Counted from the stretch's first letter, positions 27,776-40,910 are shown. The stretch is DNA of 64,000 nucleotides from Octopus vulgaris (GCA_951406725.2 OX597825.1:13330001-13394000), one strand, 5' to 3'. The notes: generated by a model from the letters alone, not told the origin. A program made the numbers and translations.

Positions 27776-28191
27776 ATTCTGAAGCACTGTTAGTTCCTAG
27801 TCTTACAACTCCCCCAGAGAGAACGTATCTCGATCAACGCAATTAAATTTTTTCTTTATTTTTCTTCATTTCTGTTTTTAACTTTTCGGCTGGCGAAATT
27901 GATATATGGAATTTGCTGCCAAGAACGAGAGAGAAGCTCTGCTTACAGGAACATTCATAATCTGATTATTTCGTCGGCGTCGTCGACTTCAGTGCAAATA
28001 TTGAGAGAAGAAAGGGCGGGAAAATCAGCACTCCTAGTTTTCTGCAGTTGGTGTACGATGTATCAGGCTATCGGGTTATTCTCAAGGGAGAGGTCTGATC
28101 GTAATATCCCCAGCAAAATGTACTTCACAAAAGACACCCACAGAAGCGTATCGAGGAAGGGTTGAAGGAGCAGTCTGCTGTATAAGCTTGG

Positions 28192-28450
28192 GTCACTCCG
28201 AAAAGCTCTATCTGCGACGATTTCATCTCAATCGAAAGGAGAGGGGCTTTCTCCGTCAGGGTTGCGGATCCGTGGAATACGCTGCCGGACGAGATAGTGA
28301 AGATGCCGACGACCGCTCGGTTCAAAGTCTCTCTTGACCAGAAATGGCCTGAACTCTTTGCATGAACACCCTCCCTGTACATAACTCCATGTCCCACTAC
28401 ATGGCCTTGCTTTTTGCTTTTTGAGCCAAAAAATTAACATAACTTAACTT
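28192..28450 (+). mobile_element. CR1-clade LINE 3' end
   Basis: GHSEKLYLRRFHLNR..AFSVRVADPWNTLPDEIVKMPTTARFK followed by a (TAACT)-like tail. Near-identical to 42943-43207. Confidence 0.85.
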
Positions 28451-28568
28451 ATCATAGGCTTGGAGGCCGAAGTTTGCTCCGAGAAGCACACCCTCCAAGT
28501 TACGCCACCTGGGCACTTATAACCAGGTGTTGGTGATAACTGCGTAGGATGTGTGCAGTGCCTAGTAG

Positions 28569-28607
<39 letters not shown>

Positions 28608-28610
<3 letters not shown>

Positions 28611-28890
28611 TAGTTTTATTTTTATAGCGTGCTTTCACTTCACTACCGAGCGCAGCTCTGTGTGCCTTGGGTATGTGCTGTGATTTGTTGTGATTCTCTG
28701 ATGGTTATTTTATGGAAAGTGTTCTGCGTAGGATGTGTGCAGTGCTTAGTAGTGCAATTTTCTGTATGTTATATGTGTTTGTAAGTCCCGGTGTTTTTGT
28801 TATGTATTTGTCTGAATATTTTTTTATCATGCCTAATGCACCTACTATGATAGGAATTGTTTCTGTTTTCACAATTCCTATCATAGTAGG
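28608..28890 (-). mobile_element. 5'-truncated RLE-type (R4/Dong-like) non-LTR 3' end inside (TAA)n
   Basis: TETIPIIVGALGMIKK..NIQKIALLSTAHILRRTL* plus 3' UTR. (TTA)n on both sides. Confidence 0.82.
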
Positions 28891-28916
28891 TTTATTATTA
28901 TTATTATTATTAATAT

Positions 28917-29423
28917 TGAGGGAGCGAGCAGAGCATGCCATCAAAGTGACACAGGGGTAAAATATACGAAGCCCAGTATACCCATCATGACTACCCGTCT
29001 GATAAGGGTACACCAGGCACATGCATCACAACCATATGTGCGCGACATGGTGATCTCATATCAAGATAAACAGCACATGACCTTGCAGGTGGGGCCCAGT
29101 TAGAATTTTCTTCAGATCGAGTAACCCATCCCGCTCAAAAGGTCCCTGAATAAGGGTTGTTTAAGGACGTTGAACGAAACACCTATGTTTCCAGAGGTGA
29201 ATTATTCAAACCCCAAAGAATCCTTCTCAACACATGGCTATGATGCTACCCCACTACTTCTGCTCGTGATCAGAGATGCACATATCGTCAGCCACTAAGG
29301 GACATGCTCAACTGGTTAGATTCAAACAACTGACAAGCAAATCTGTGGTACTGAGCAGAATATTTGCTGTAGCCCATCTTTTATACCAAGACAAAACAAT
29401 GTACATGATAACACTTCCAATCA
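28917..29423 (-). mobile_element. Non-coding (TAA)n-embedded retroposon, truncated copy
   Basis: High identity to 61590-61929 and 61978-62513, with the same left end. Confidence 0.85.
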
Positions 29424-29499
29424 TTTATTATTATCATAACGTGAAAAATTTCGTCTTTAGTTTGTTGAGTAACATGGAATGCGTCAGCTGTCCACAGCC

Positions 29500-29731
29500 A
29501 GCAAACAAAGGAGAGACACTTGCAGTTCCAAGCAACGCTGAATTTTTTTGTGGCTGTTCTATCTTTACATTCGTTCTAGTCTTTTTGAGCCAGGCTGGTA
29601 GATGTGTGCTGATACTTTCCAGGCGCACCAATCACTATTGCTATCACGTTTGCTTTCTTCATTTGCCACAACCTGCGTATTTCCCACTTCAATTCATCGT
29701 AGATGTTCACCTTTTCTTCCTTCTCTTCATT
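29500..29731 (-). mobile_element. Second RLE-type (R4/Dong-like) C-terminal fragment next to (ATC)n(ATT)n
   Basis: EKEEKVNIYDELKWEIRRLWQMKKANVIAIVIGA..QKNSALLGTA. Confidence 0.8.
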
Positions 29732-29732
29732 T

Positions 29733-29860
<128 letters not shown>

Positions 29861-29989
29861 GTATCATTTATTACTGTATGATAGGGAGAAAGAAATGGAA
29901 ACGACAGGGGAAATGCGAATAAAATATACAAATTTTGTGATAACATGAATTATGCAGTCCTTCTGATACAGAAGAAACTCCAGCTCGGG

Positions 29990-30296
29990 CCGATCAAGGA
30001 ACCTGGTAGATCAAGAATTACCCTGACCACCAAAGACACGAGACCTCTCTTCTGCTCTCCAATCCAATCTTCAGTCGCATACTTAGAGAAAGGTCATTTA
30101 CGCTCAACATTTTTGCTACAGCCACCCATCTTTTTACAAATTCGGTGGGCGGTCACACTTCCCTTTCCAACGCCACTTTCCTTTCCAAATGGAACTTAAA
30201 ACCATCGAACTAAAAACTTGACGGAAGTGTAAGGTGTTTTCTTTTCGATCCTTACAGCCTCGTCCACCGCACAACCTCTTTCGTTATAGCCACCAG
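29990..30296 (-). mobile_element. Probable Tx1/L1-clade ORF2 C-terminal fragment
   Basis: LVAITKEVVRWTRL*G..FKFHLERKVALEREV*PPTEFVKRWVAVAKM resembles the K..IW..R...F..RW tail of Tx1 ORF2. Confidence 0.6.
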
Positions 30297-30548
30297 ACCA
30301 GTGGTACTCAGCCAGAGTCCATATAGTCCCCAAGGCTCCATATAAGATTTTTGGGGTGTTTACATAACAAAATAGTAAACTTGGGATCTACAATAGTATT
30401 TTAGGCCCCTGAAAATTTTTGCTTTGCATAAATGTCAGGTTTCTTTCTCTTGTATTTTGCATAGTTCAACCTGCACAAGAGAATGTGTGAAAAACAAAAT
30501 AGGAATCTTGAAAGAAGTTTGTACATACATACAAACGTACACAGATGT

Positions 30549-30595
<47 letters not shown>

Positions 30596-30632
30596 CTCCG
30601 TCTTCCCTTCCTTGGGTTTTCCTTTTTTCTAT

Positions 30633-30667
30633 ATTTCTGACGAAGAGCTCCACTCGAAACGTTAAAT
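30633..30667 (+). ncRNA. Minimal type I hammerhead ribozyme in a short (TA)n-flanked repeat (~30592-30768)
   Basis: attt-CTGACGA-a-gag-ctcca-ctc-GAAAC-GTT-aaat. Intact core, 4-bp stem I, 3-bp stem II. Confidence 0.8.
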
Positions 30668-30766
30668 CATCCTTCTTTCTTTCCTTTCCTGTGCGTCCAT
30701 TAACACTACACTTGTTCCACGTCCTCGCGTTGTTGTGTCTTCTCTTTGTGTTTTCATGCTTGGATT

Positions 30767-30828
<62 letters not shown>

Positions 30829-31789
30829 ATGCATACACATACATATATGCATATATACATACATACAAAAATACCCCCTTGTTCATGCTTAAATTCTAAT
30901 GAAGGAGCCTTGGATCTTGGTTAGAAACCAGTTCTTTCTCTATTGGCAAGAAATCTTGAAATAAACTGAATAATAACATACATACATACATATGTGTATA
31001 CGCACGTACACTGATCCACACACATGCGCACAAACAAACAAAAAGAACGCAGCTCGGATAACGGACGGAGTCAACGACTGTTGAAAGAAAGGGTTGCAAG
31101 ACGCAACGAAAATCTTAGAAAAAATAAATAAGTAAATGAGTGGAAATTGAACCGGTGAGTGTGTTAAGTAATAAAGCATTAAAAAAGAATGATGATGATG
31201 ATGACGATGATGATGATGACGATGATGATGATGGCGATGATAATAATGATGACGCTGAAGATGATGGCGATGATGATGATGATGACGATGATGATGCAGA
31301 AGATGATTTCTTACTGCTTCTAAAAAGAAAATTGTGGGTGGATGAGTGGATTATAGTCGATTGACTTTGACCCCAGTACCTGACTGGTACTTGACTTCAC
31401 TTACCATCGAGTCCCAAAAGTTGAGCGGCGGAAAGAATCATTTTGGAAACATTGGCCCCTTTGTCTCGAATAATTTAGTATAGAAAGAGGGTCAACAAGT
31501 CAGAATGGGTGGAGTAGTGGCCTAAATGCCTTTCCTTATGTCCGCTTAACGTTTTGAGTTGAAATGGGGGCGTGTGGACACACGCTTGTGTAAAAGTATG
31601 CGTGTGTGTATGTGTGAATGCACGATTTGTGTGCAAGTGTGTACAAGTATGTATGTGTGTGCGTAGAGTGTATGGTATGTGTTAAAGGCGGGGGTGCGGT
31701 CTGTCGTTAACAATTTGTATGAAACAGGGGTGATTAACGCGTTTGACTGAGAAACGAGTAATTATGGTAGGATATCACGTGCGGCTGTG

Positions 31790-31877
31790 TGGGTGTGTGG
31801 ATGTGTGGGTGCACATGTATGTGTATGTGTGCATGTGTGCGTACATATATATACATATATATGTGTGTATGTGTGCG

Positions 31878-31915
<38 letters not shown>

Positions 31916-31975
31916 AATATAAATATATATGTATGTATGTATATATATACATATATATGTATATATGTATATACA

Positions 31976-32050
<75 letters not shown>

Positions 32051-32119
32051 AGAGAGAGGGGGAGATAGTGGAGGAGGGAGAAAGATAACATCGAGATATT
32101 GATATATATGCCCACTCCC

Positions 32120-32177
<58 letters not shown>

Positions 32178-32190
32178 CACACACACACTT
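31790..32190. repeat. (TG)/(TA)/(CATA) block
   Basis: Directly visible. A (GAT)n run lies at ~31190-31305. Confidence 0.92.
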
Positions 32191-32696
32191 GTATAAATAC
32201 GCCCGTAAAGAGCCTAGACTATCACGACGATCACCGCCACCACCACCACCACCACCATGACCATCACTACTGCCGCCCCCCACTTATGCTGAAAGTAAAC
32301 AAGCGGCAGTCACCTCTTAAACAAGGAACCAAATGACACTGATGGTTAATGTTACCTCTTTTAATTATTTATGTTTTAGTTGAAGGGAGGCGCGCAGCAT
32401 TCGTCGTGACCTTTTAGTACGGCCCTCGAGATTGCTAACGAGCCGTCAAGGGTGGGTGAAACAATGAATCGGTGTCACGGCAGCAAAAATACACGAAAGA
32501 AGAAAGAGAAAAGAGAGAAAAGAGAGAGAGAGAGTAGCACAGCGTGACTAAAAGAGTATCGTGTTATTCCGAAGCCTCAGTACTGAGTGATCCGAAGAAT
32601 TTACAGGCGAGGCATTGGACTTTCTACTAAAACCTTCCCTCAAGAAGAGGGGAAAACCAGAAGGCGGATTAATCCTCTCTCGCCCACTTCTTCTCA

Positions 32697-32702
32697 ATAC
32701 TA

Positions 32703-32748
<46 letters not shown>

Positions 32749-32970
32749 AAATAGTATAGTGGCAGTAGCAGCAGCAGTAGTAGCAGTGGCGGCGGTAGTA
32801 CTGGTATTAGTAGTAATAGTAGCAGTAGTAATAGTAGCAGCAGCAGCAGCATCAGTAGTAGTAGTAGTAGTAGTAATAGTAGCAGTAGTAGTAGTAGTAG
32901 TGGTCATAGCAGTGGTCATAGTAGTAGTAGTAGCAGTTGCTGCAGCAACACCAGCAGCAGCAGTAGTGGC

Positions 32971-33052
<82 letters not shown>

Positions 33053-33090
33053 TTGGTGCTGCTGCTGACGGTGGTGCAGGTGGTGGTGGT
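32697..33090. repeat. (ACT)n immediately followed by complementary (AGT/AGC)n
   Basis: Directly visible. Confidence 0.95.
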
Positions 33091-33309
33091 AGACTTTCTA
33101 TCCCAAGGGTTATTTCTTAACCCAAAAATCGATACGTTATTATTTATAGCTTTATCTAGTTCAAGTTCCACCGTTCAAAACGAATTATCATTACAAATGT
33201 TTTTATTTGCCAAACGTGACTGAGGAAAAGACAGTGTTGCGGCATTAACGATTTGTCTTTAGTATCGATTTATATAAAATTAATTAAACAAAATGTTTAC
33301 GTAGTCTTG

Positions 33310-34491
33310 ACTGAGTGGTAAGAAGTTTGCTTTCCAGCCACATAGAGCCGGGGTTCAATTCACTGGCAGAATCCACTGGCACGCTGGACGAAATGTTTTG
33401 CAGCATTTCGTCCGTCATTACGTTCTGTCAACAAATTCCACTGAGGTTAGCTTTACCCGTCATCCTTTGGGGCTCAATAAACTAAGTACTGGTTGAGTAC
33501 TGGGGTAGATGTGATCAGTGGAAGCGCAATGGCCCAGTGGTTAAGGCAGCAGACATGCGGTCGTAGGATCGCGGTTTCGAGTCCCAGACCAGGCGTTGTG
33601 AGTGTTTATTGAGCGAAAACACCTAAAAGTTCCACGAGGCTCCGACAGGAGGTGGTGGCGAACCCTGCTATACTCTTTTACCATAACTTTCTGTCACTCT
33701 TCTTGTTTCTGTTGTATCTGTATTTCAAAGGACCGGCTTTTAAAAAGACAGACTGTGTCCTGCTGAATCTGCCCGAGAACTACGTTAAGAGTATACAAGT
33801 CTGTGGAGTACTCAGTCACTTGCACGTTAAGATGAACGATAGTCGACCTCGGAGGAATTTGAACTCAGAACATAAAGCATTTTGCCCCTCGCATTAACCA
33901 TTCTTATTTCTTTATTGCCCACAAGGAGCTAAACAGAGAAGGGACAAACAAGGACAGACAAACGGATTAAGTCGATTACATCGACCCCAGTGCGTAACTG
34001 GTACTTAATTTATCGACCCCGAAAGGATGAAAGGCAAAGTTGACCTTGGCAGAATTTGAACTCAGAACGTAAAGATAGACGAAATACTGCTAAGCATTTC
34101 GCCCAGCGTGCTAACGTTTCTGCCAGTTCGCCGCCTTAAGATCAGAATATCATTATTATTCTCTCCGTGAAGACGCGTGGCTTAGTGGTTAGGGCATTCC
34201 GCTTACGATCGTAAGGTCATGAGTTCAATTCCCGGCGGCGCGTTGTGTCCTTGAGCAAGACACTTTATTCCACGTTGCTCCAGACCACTCTGTTGGCAAA
34301 ACTGAGTAGTACCTGTATTTCAAAATGCCAGCCTCGTCACACTCTGTGTCACGCTGAATCTCTCCAAGAACTACGTTAAGGGTACACGTGTCTGTGGAGT
34401 GCTCAGCCACTTGCACGTTAATTTCACAAGCGAGCTGTTCCGTTGATCGGAAAAACTGAGACCCTCGTCGTCGTAACCGACGGAGTGCTCC
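33310..34491. mobile_element. SINE pile-up: A head, B (+), C (+, ~33521-33830), B (-, ~33840-34137), CORE-head/C-tail SINE (+, ~34170-34491)
   Basis: Matches to the family motifs. The last copy has CORE-like tgtgtccttgagcaagacacttta and TSD-like tattattctc on both sides. Confidence 0.85.
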
Positions 34492-35161
34492 TATTATTCT
34501 CACCACTGAATTTGAAGTGTATTATGCGAGAGTTTCCTTTTGTTTCAATGGTATATGTCTAAGGGAAAGAGGCAATGCTTATGGCCTTTACAGAACCTAC
34601 AAGGCAGCTGAGATCTACCCAGTGGAAGTTACTCTGTTTCCATTGCTTTCTCTTGTGGCTGGCTTGTTGTGATTGCCTAGCAACGTTGATGACGCCAAAC
34701 CTTCAACCCTGACCTTTATTTCTATGAAAGACTACAAATCTGTCAAAGAGACTGGTTTAGTAATAGAGCGGTGAGCTTTTCAAATGAAGCTGTGGACCCA
34801 CTCACGCACTCACCGACCAATCAGCCAGTCAGCCAGCCAACCAAACGACAGTAGTCTCTGCAGATGCCGTAGCTTTAGCACAAGTCTGTGAATAAAATAA
34901 ACAAGGGCAAAAAAGACCAAAGACCTCATTGAAACGGGTATGGACGATAGCATATGGAGATTCAAAGAAATGGTGCATGTCCCTTTTTTCAACAAAGGGG
35001 CGAAATGAGAACGCCATAAAAATCAACAGCGACAACAACAACGATAATAATAATAATGATAACAATAATAATAATGATAATAATAAAAGTAATAATAATA
35101 ATTGCGCCAGATGTAACAATTGGGTCAGATGTTTCGAGATAGAAGACACGACAGTTATCTT

Positions 35162-36020
35162 GCGGCGGCGGCGGCGGTGGTGGTGATGGTGATGGTGGTG
35201 GTGATGGTGGTGGTGGTGGTGGTGGTGATGGTGGTGGTGGTGGTGGTGGTGGTGGTGGTGGTGGTGGTGGTGATGGTGGTGGTGGTGGTGATGGTTGTGT
35301 TGGTGGTGATGGTGGTGATGGTGGTGGTAGTGGTTGTGTTGGTGGTGGTGATGGTAGTGATGGTGATGGTGGTGGTGGTGGTGTGTGGTGGTGTTGGTGG
35401 TGATGGTGGTGGTGGTGGTGGTAGTGGTGGTGGTGGTGGTGGTGATGGTAGTGATGGTGATGGTGGTGGTGGTGGTGATGGTGGTGGTGATGGTGATAGT
35501 GGTGGTGATGGTGGTGCTGGTGGTGGTGGTAGTGGTTGTGTTGGTAGTGGTGATGGTAGTGATGGTGATGGTGGTGGTGGTGGTGATGGTTGTGTTGGTG
35601 GTGATGGTGGTGATGGTGGTGGTAGTGGTTGTGGTGGTGGTGGTGGTGATGATGGTGATGGTGATGGTGGTGGTGGTGGTGATGGTTGTGTTGGTGGTGA
35701 TGGTGGTGATGGTGGTGGTAGTGGTTGTGATGGTGATGTTGCTGTTGATAATGGTGGTGGTGGCGATGTTGTTGGTGGTGGTGGTGGCGATGGTGGTGGT
35801 GATGGTGATAGTGGTGGTGATGGTGCTGATGGTGCTGATGGTGGTGATGGTGGTGGTGGTGGTGATGGTGGTGATGGTGGTGGTGGTGGTGGTTGTGATG
35901 GTGGTGTTGCTGTTGATAATGGTGGTGGTGGCGATGTTGCTGATGGTGGTGGTTGTGGTGGCGGTGGCGGTGGTTATGATTATGTTTGTTGTTGTGGTAG
36001 TGGTGTTGGCGGCGGCGGTA
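35162..36020. repeat. About 860-bp degenerate (GGT/GAT)n trinucleotide array
   Basis: Directly visible. Source of the poly-T/H/V/G pseudo-ORFs. Confidence 0.97.
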
Positions 36021-36113
36021 TGCTTGCACCATATTAATGAAGCGTTGCACGCATTCACCACTTCTGTGCGACCTTTCATGCGATAATTACTTCTCGCTTA
36101 TAACAACAACAAC

Positions 36114-36163
<50 letters not shown>

Positions 36164-36549
36164 TAATAATAATAATAATAATGGCCAGATGAGAACGATT
36201 CTCCTCTTTCTCGCCCTGTATTTTGCTTGCCGTTGTTATTTATCCTCAAGACGGCATAATTTCTGTGTCTGAAACACTTCAGAGGTGAATGGAAAAGAAA
36301 TATTATTTTCATTTCCCGGTAGCCAATACTGTTCGCCGTAACACAAAACAAGCAAACAAATGAATAAATAAAGCCATTAATGATGACATTAACAACAACA
36401 GCAACAATATCTACAACAAAAGCAGCAGCAGTAGCAGCAGTAGCAGCAGTAGTAGTAGTAGTAGTAGTAGTAAGAGGAACGGTTGTATCAATCTATGAGA
36501 TTAAAAAGAGAACAAGAATGCGATGAGGGCAAGGATTGTTACAGTTCAC

Positions 36550-37237
<688 letters not shown>

Positions 37238-38087
37238 CTATAGCCCCAGGCCGATCAAAGCCTTGTGAATGGATTTCGTACACGAAGCTGCAAGAAGATT
37301 TTCAAATATATGTGTATTTTTGCGCGCGTGTGTGTGTATGTGTGTATACACAACGCACAGACTTGCAGTCCGACGATGGCTTAGCTAGCCGAAACCTTGA
37401 ATTCGCTCTCAACGATATATTCTTGTTTAAGAATATTAAATTTGTACTTTACAAAATTATTGTGCAACCCTTACGATTAATGTAAGACTGTCTTTATTAT
37501 CACCGAACATAAAAGCAAATATATTTATATACATGTGGTTGGAAGCTCGATGAGAAGTTTTTACTGCATTTTTTGACTCTGAAAAGAAATATACCTCTTT
37601 TTACACTTGTCTACTGTCGTATAAAATTATATCAGCGAAGCAAATAACTTTATCTAAATGCATTAAAAACGCTATAAAATATTCAGAACGCTATTTCAGA
37701 AAATTATCACCGTTCACTTTGAAGATATAAAAGACAAATATAGGTGGGGCAAAATGAGTAAGACAAGATAAGGTAAACTTGCTTATTAGATTCTGCAGAA
37801 TTTCATTTGAAAACATATTCATCCTTGAACATCAAAACGATCAGAAATGCAAGGAAAATTTTAAATATCTAGGCCAAATGAGAGAGGGTCTTGGAAAATG
37901 GCGCATGATATCAAGTTAACGAAACTTCATTAAATCAAAAAGCTCAACATGAAATTTTCCCTTTGAATTCTTCACGATGTGCTAGAGTGGTTCTCTTTCC
38001 GATATATTTATGCACCACGCATTTAACGAAGAAATTATTGAAAGTATTCATTGTTCATTTTACTCCATTTCAGACAACATATTATGA

Positions 38088-38980
38088 AAACTGTGGCAAC
38101 GTCGCAAACTGTGACAATGTCGCAAACTGTGACAACGTCGCAAACTGTGACAACGTCGCAAACTGTGACAACGTCGCAAACTGTGACAACGTCGCAAACT
38201 GTGACAACGTCGCAAACTGTGACAACGTCGCAAATTGTGGAAATATCGCGATCTTTGAAAATGTTGCATGTGGCAACGTCGCAAATTTTTGAAATGTCGC
38301 AGGCAACCGCGCAAACTGTGGTAACGTCGCAACTGTAGTACGTCACAAACTGTGGGAACGTCGAAAACTGTGGCAACGTCACAAACTGTTGGAAAGTCGA
38401 AAACTGTGGCAACGTCGCAACTGTGGTACGTCGCAAACTGTGGGAACGTCGAAAACTGTGGCAACGTTGCAACTGTGGTACGTCGAAAACTGTGGCAACG
38501 TCGCAAAACTGTGGCAACATCGCAATCTGTGGCAACGTTGCAAACTGTGGTAACGTCGCAAACTGTGGCAACGTCGCAAGCTGTGGCAACGTCGCAACTG
38601 TGGTACGTCGCAAACTGTGGGAACGTCGAAAACTGTGGCAACATCGCAATCTGTGGCAACGTTGCAAACTGTGGTAACGTCGCAAACTGTGGCAACGTCG
38701 CAAGCTGTGGCAACGTCGCAAGCTGTGGCAACGTCGCAACTGTGGTACGTCGCAAACTGTGGGAACGTCGAATACTGTGGCAACATCGCAATCTGTGGCA
38801 ACGTTGCAAACTGTGGCAACGTCATAAGCTGTGGCAACGTCGCAACTGTGGTACGGCGCAAACTGTGAGAACGTCGCAAACGGTGGCAAAGTCGCAAACT
38901 GTGGGAACGTCGCAAACTGTGGCAACGTCGCAATCTGTGGCAACGTCGAAAACTCTGGCAACGTCGCAAACTTTGGCAAC
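38088..38980. repeat. 18-bp minisatellite (consensus aaactgtggcaacgtcgc), roughly 50 units with higher-order structure
   Basis: Directly visible tandem array with recurring variant units. Confidence 0.97.
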
Positions 38981-38984
38981 GGCT

Positions 38985-39630
38985 GTTGGGCAAGTGACGT
39001 AGCTTATCTGCTTCAATCACATAGTATCGAACTTAACAACAGAGACCTTATTGCAATGCGAAAACAGGCAACAATGGAAGAGAAAAAGGACACTCTCTAT
39101 GAAATACCAGTTAATGCATCATACGCGTTGAAAGGTTTCGTAGAAGAATTTCAACATTTAGATAAAGCCTTGGAAATTTTTCAAGCACGAGATCCAAAGT
39201 TTGAACAAATTCCTCTGCGTGTTACCGAGAAATTCATAGAGAGCGCCAAAAAAAGCTTCTTCTAAGCAAGAAAAGATTTGGTTTTCAAAAAGAAATCTAC
39301 AAGTCCGTCCACGAGTGCTTGTGAATCGGCGATCGCGTCTACAAGTGACGGTGTAATTGAGTCTAGTGCGAGTGAAAGTGATTCAGAAAACGATAATAAT
39401 AATAATTTTTTAAAATTATAAATGATCTTGACATTCTTTTTACTTTGCATAAAATATTCCTCAAATTCTACTGTTGTTTTATTGCCATTTATTTATGAGT
39501 ATTATAAATTTTATAGTTAAGATATTTTTCTGGGAACGAGTTGCGATTTATAACCTTGCAAATAGGGGGAATTATTGCCCTGCTTTACGAGCGCTCTCCG
39601 GGAACAAATTAACTCGTATATCGAAGCATT
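38985..39630 (+). pseudogene. pogo/Tigger-like transposase C-terminal remnant and 3' end
   Basis: DVAYLLQSHSIELNNRDLIAM..LKGFVEEFQHLDKALEIFQARDPKFE resembles the Tigger/TIGD1 motif DVEELLxSHxxELTxEDL..FExxDPNxER. Confidence 0.72.
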
Positions 39631-39633
39631 GGT

Positions 39634-39969
39634 TGTGACCCCCTTCGGTCATGACTAACCGTGGTATTGCACCTAGAAAGTTACCCTCCCAGGCACAAGT
39701 CTGGGCAAGATTGTTTATGGAAGACCAGCAGTCGCCCATGCATACCGGCCTCCCCTCTCCACGCCACCGATGTTATCCAAGGGAAAGGCAAAGGGGCCGA
39801 TACAGCTTGGCACCAGTGACGTCGCAGCTCATTTCTACAGCTGAGTGAACTGGAGCAACGTGAAATAAAGTGTCTTGCTCAGGAACACATCACACAGCCC
39901 AGTCCGGGATTCGAGCTCACAACCTCACGATCGTAAGCTCGATGCTCTAACCACTGAGCCATGTGCCTT
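39634..39969 (-). mobile_element. CORE-type tRNA SINE family D
   Basis: Minus strand: ggcacatggctcagtggttagagc...tgtgttcctgagcaagacacttta... Homologous to 52698-53006. Confidence 0.88.
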
Positions 39970-40379
39970 ATTTGGTTATAAACGAAAGCTTTGGTAGAAC
40001 TCAGATATTCAAAGTGTTGTGAAGTAGAACTGAACCCGAAACCGCGTGGTTAAAAAGCGAGCTTCTTTACCACATCACCATACACTTTCCTCTTCCTTCT
40101 TGTTTATTTACTTATTAAATTCGTGGGTGGGGGATTGTTTTTGTTTTGGTTGTTATTTATTTATCTTTCGTTTTCGGTGGGGGTGTAACCACCCGTATTA
40201 AAAGGTGGAGGGGGCATACGGAGTGGTGGAGGAGAAGGAAGAGGAAGGAGAAGAGAGGAGAGCAGAGGGAAGAGGAGATGAAAGAAGCAGTGGTAGGTAC
40301 GATAGGGGTCAGATATCATTGCGTCTGAAACATTCTTTCAGTGTTAAACTCGATCGTTGTTACCAAACCCATCGCAAAT

Positions 40380-40398
40380 ACTACTAATACTACTGCTG

Positions 40399-40452
<54 letters not shown>

Positions 40453-40453
40453 T

Positions 40454-40491
<38 letters not shown>

Positions 40492-40855
40492 ATTATAATA
40501 ATAATAATTAATAATAATAATAAATAATAATGATGATAATGATGATGGTGATGACATTTATTTGCCACAAGGGCGAAGGGTGAAGAGGACAATACAGGGA
40601 CAGACATAAAATGTGGTGGGATTACATATGATAATGAAATGATGATGATGATGACGACGATGATGATGATGATGATGATGAGGAGGAGGAGGAGGAGGAG
40701 GAGGAGGAGGAAGAGGAGTAGGAGGAGAATTTCATTTATTAGTCACAAGGGCGAAGTATGATGGGGGAGAATAATAGGGACAGACATAAAGTGTGGGAGT
40801 TTACTTATAATAATGAAAAGATAAATAATAATAAAAAATAATAAAAAATAATAAA

Positions 40856-40910
<55 letters not shown>
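40380..40910. repeat. (ACT)/(AAT)/(GAT)/(GAG) microsatellites with two ~85-bp related inserts
   Basis: Directly visible. Inserts at ~40555-40640 and ~40733-40818. Confidence 0.9.

Noticed and set aside
30895-30940. Hammerhead-like ctaatga...gaaaccagtt; also gaaacatgtgtc on minus at ~36901-36914 and ctgatga at 54407/54608
   Set aside because: Each lacks either an intact CUGANGA or GAAA box or a pairing stem I. At best they are decayed relics.
34829-36086. Long ORFs (416, 353, 305 and 233 aa) resembling mucin, His-rich or Gly-rich cephalopod structural proteins
   Set aside because: Several frames on both strands are open because GGT/GAT repeats contain few stops. There is no signal peptide, splice context or unique domain.
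38035-39020. Repeat-protein ORFs (ATLPQF, CDNVAN) or a CRISPR-like array
   Set aside because: The units are directly tandem with no unique spacers and no cas genes. 16-17-bp variant units break the frame, so no single frame is preserved.
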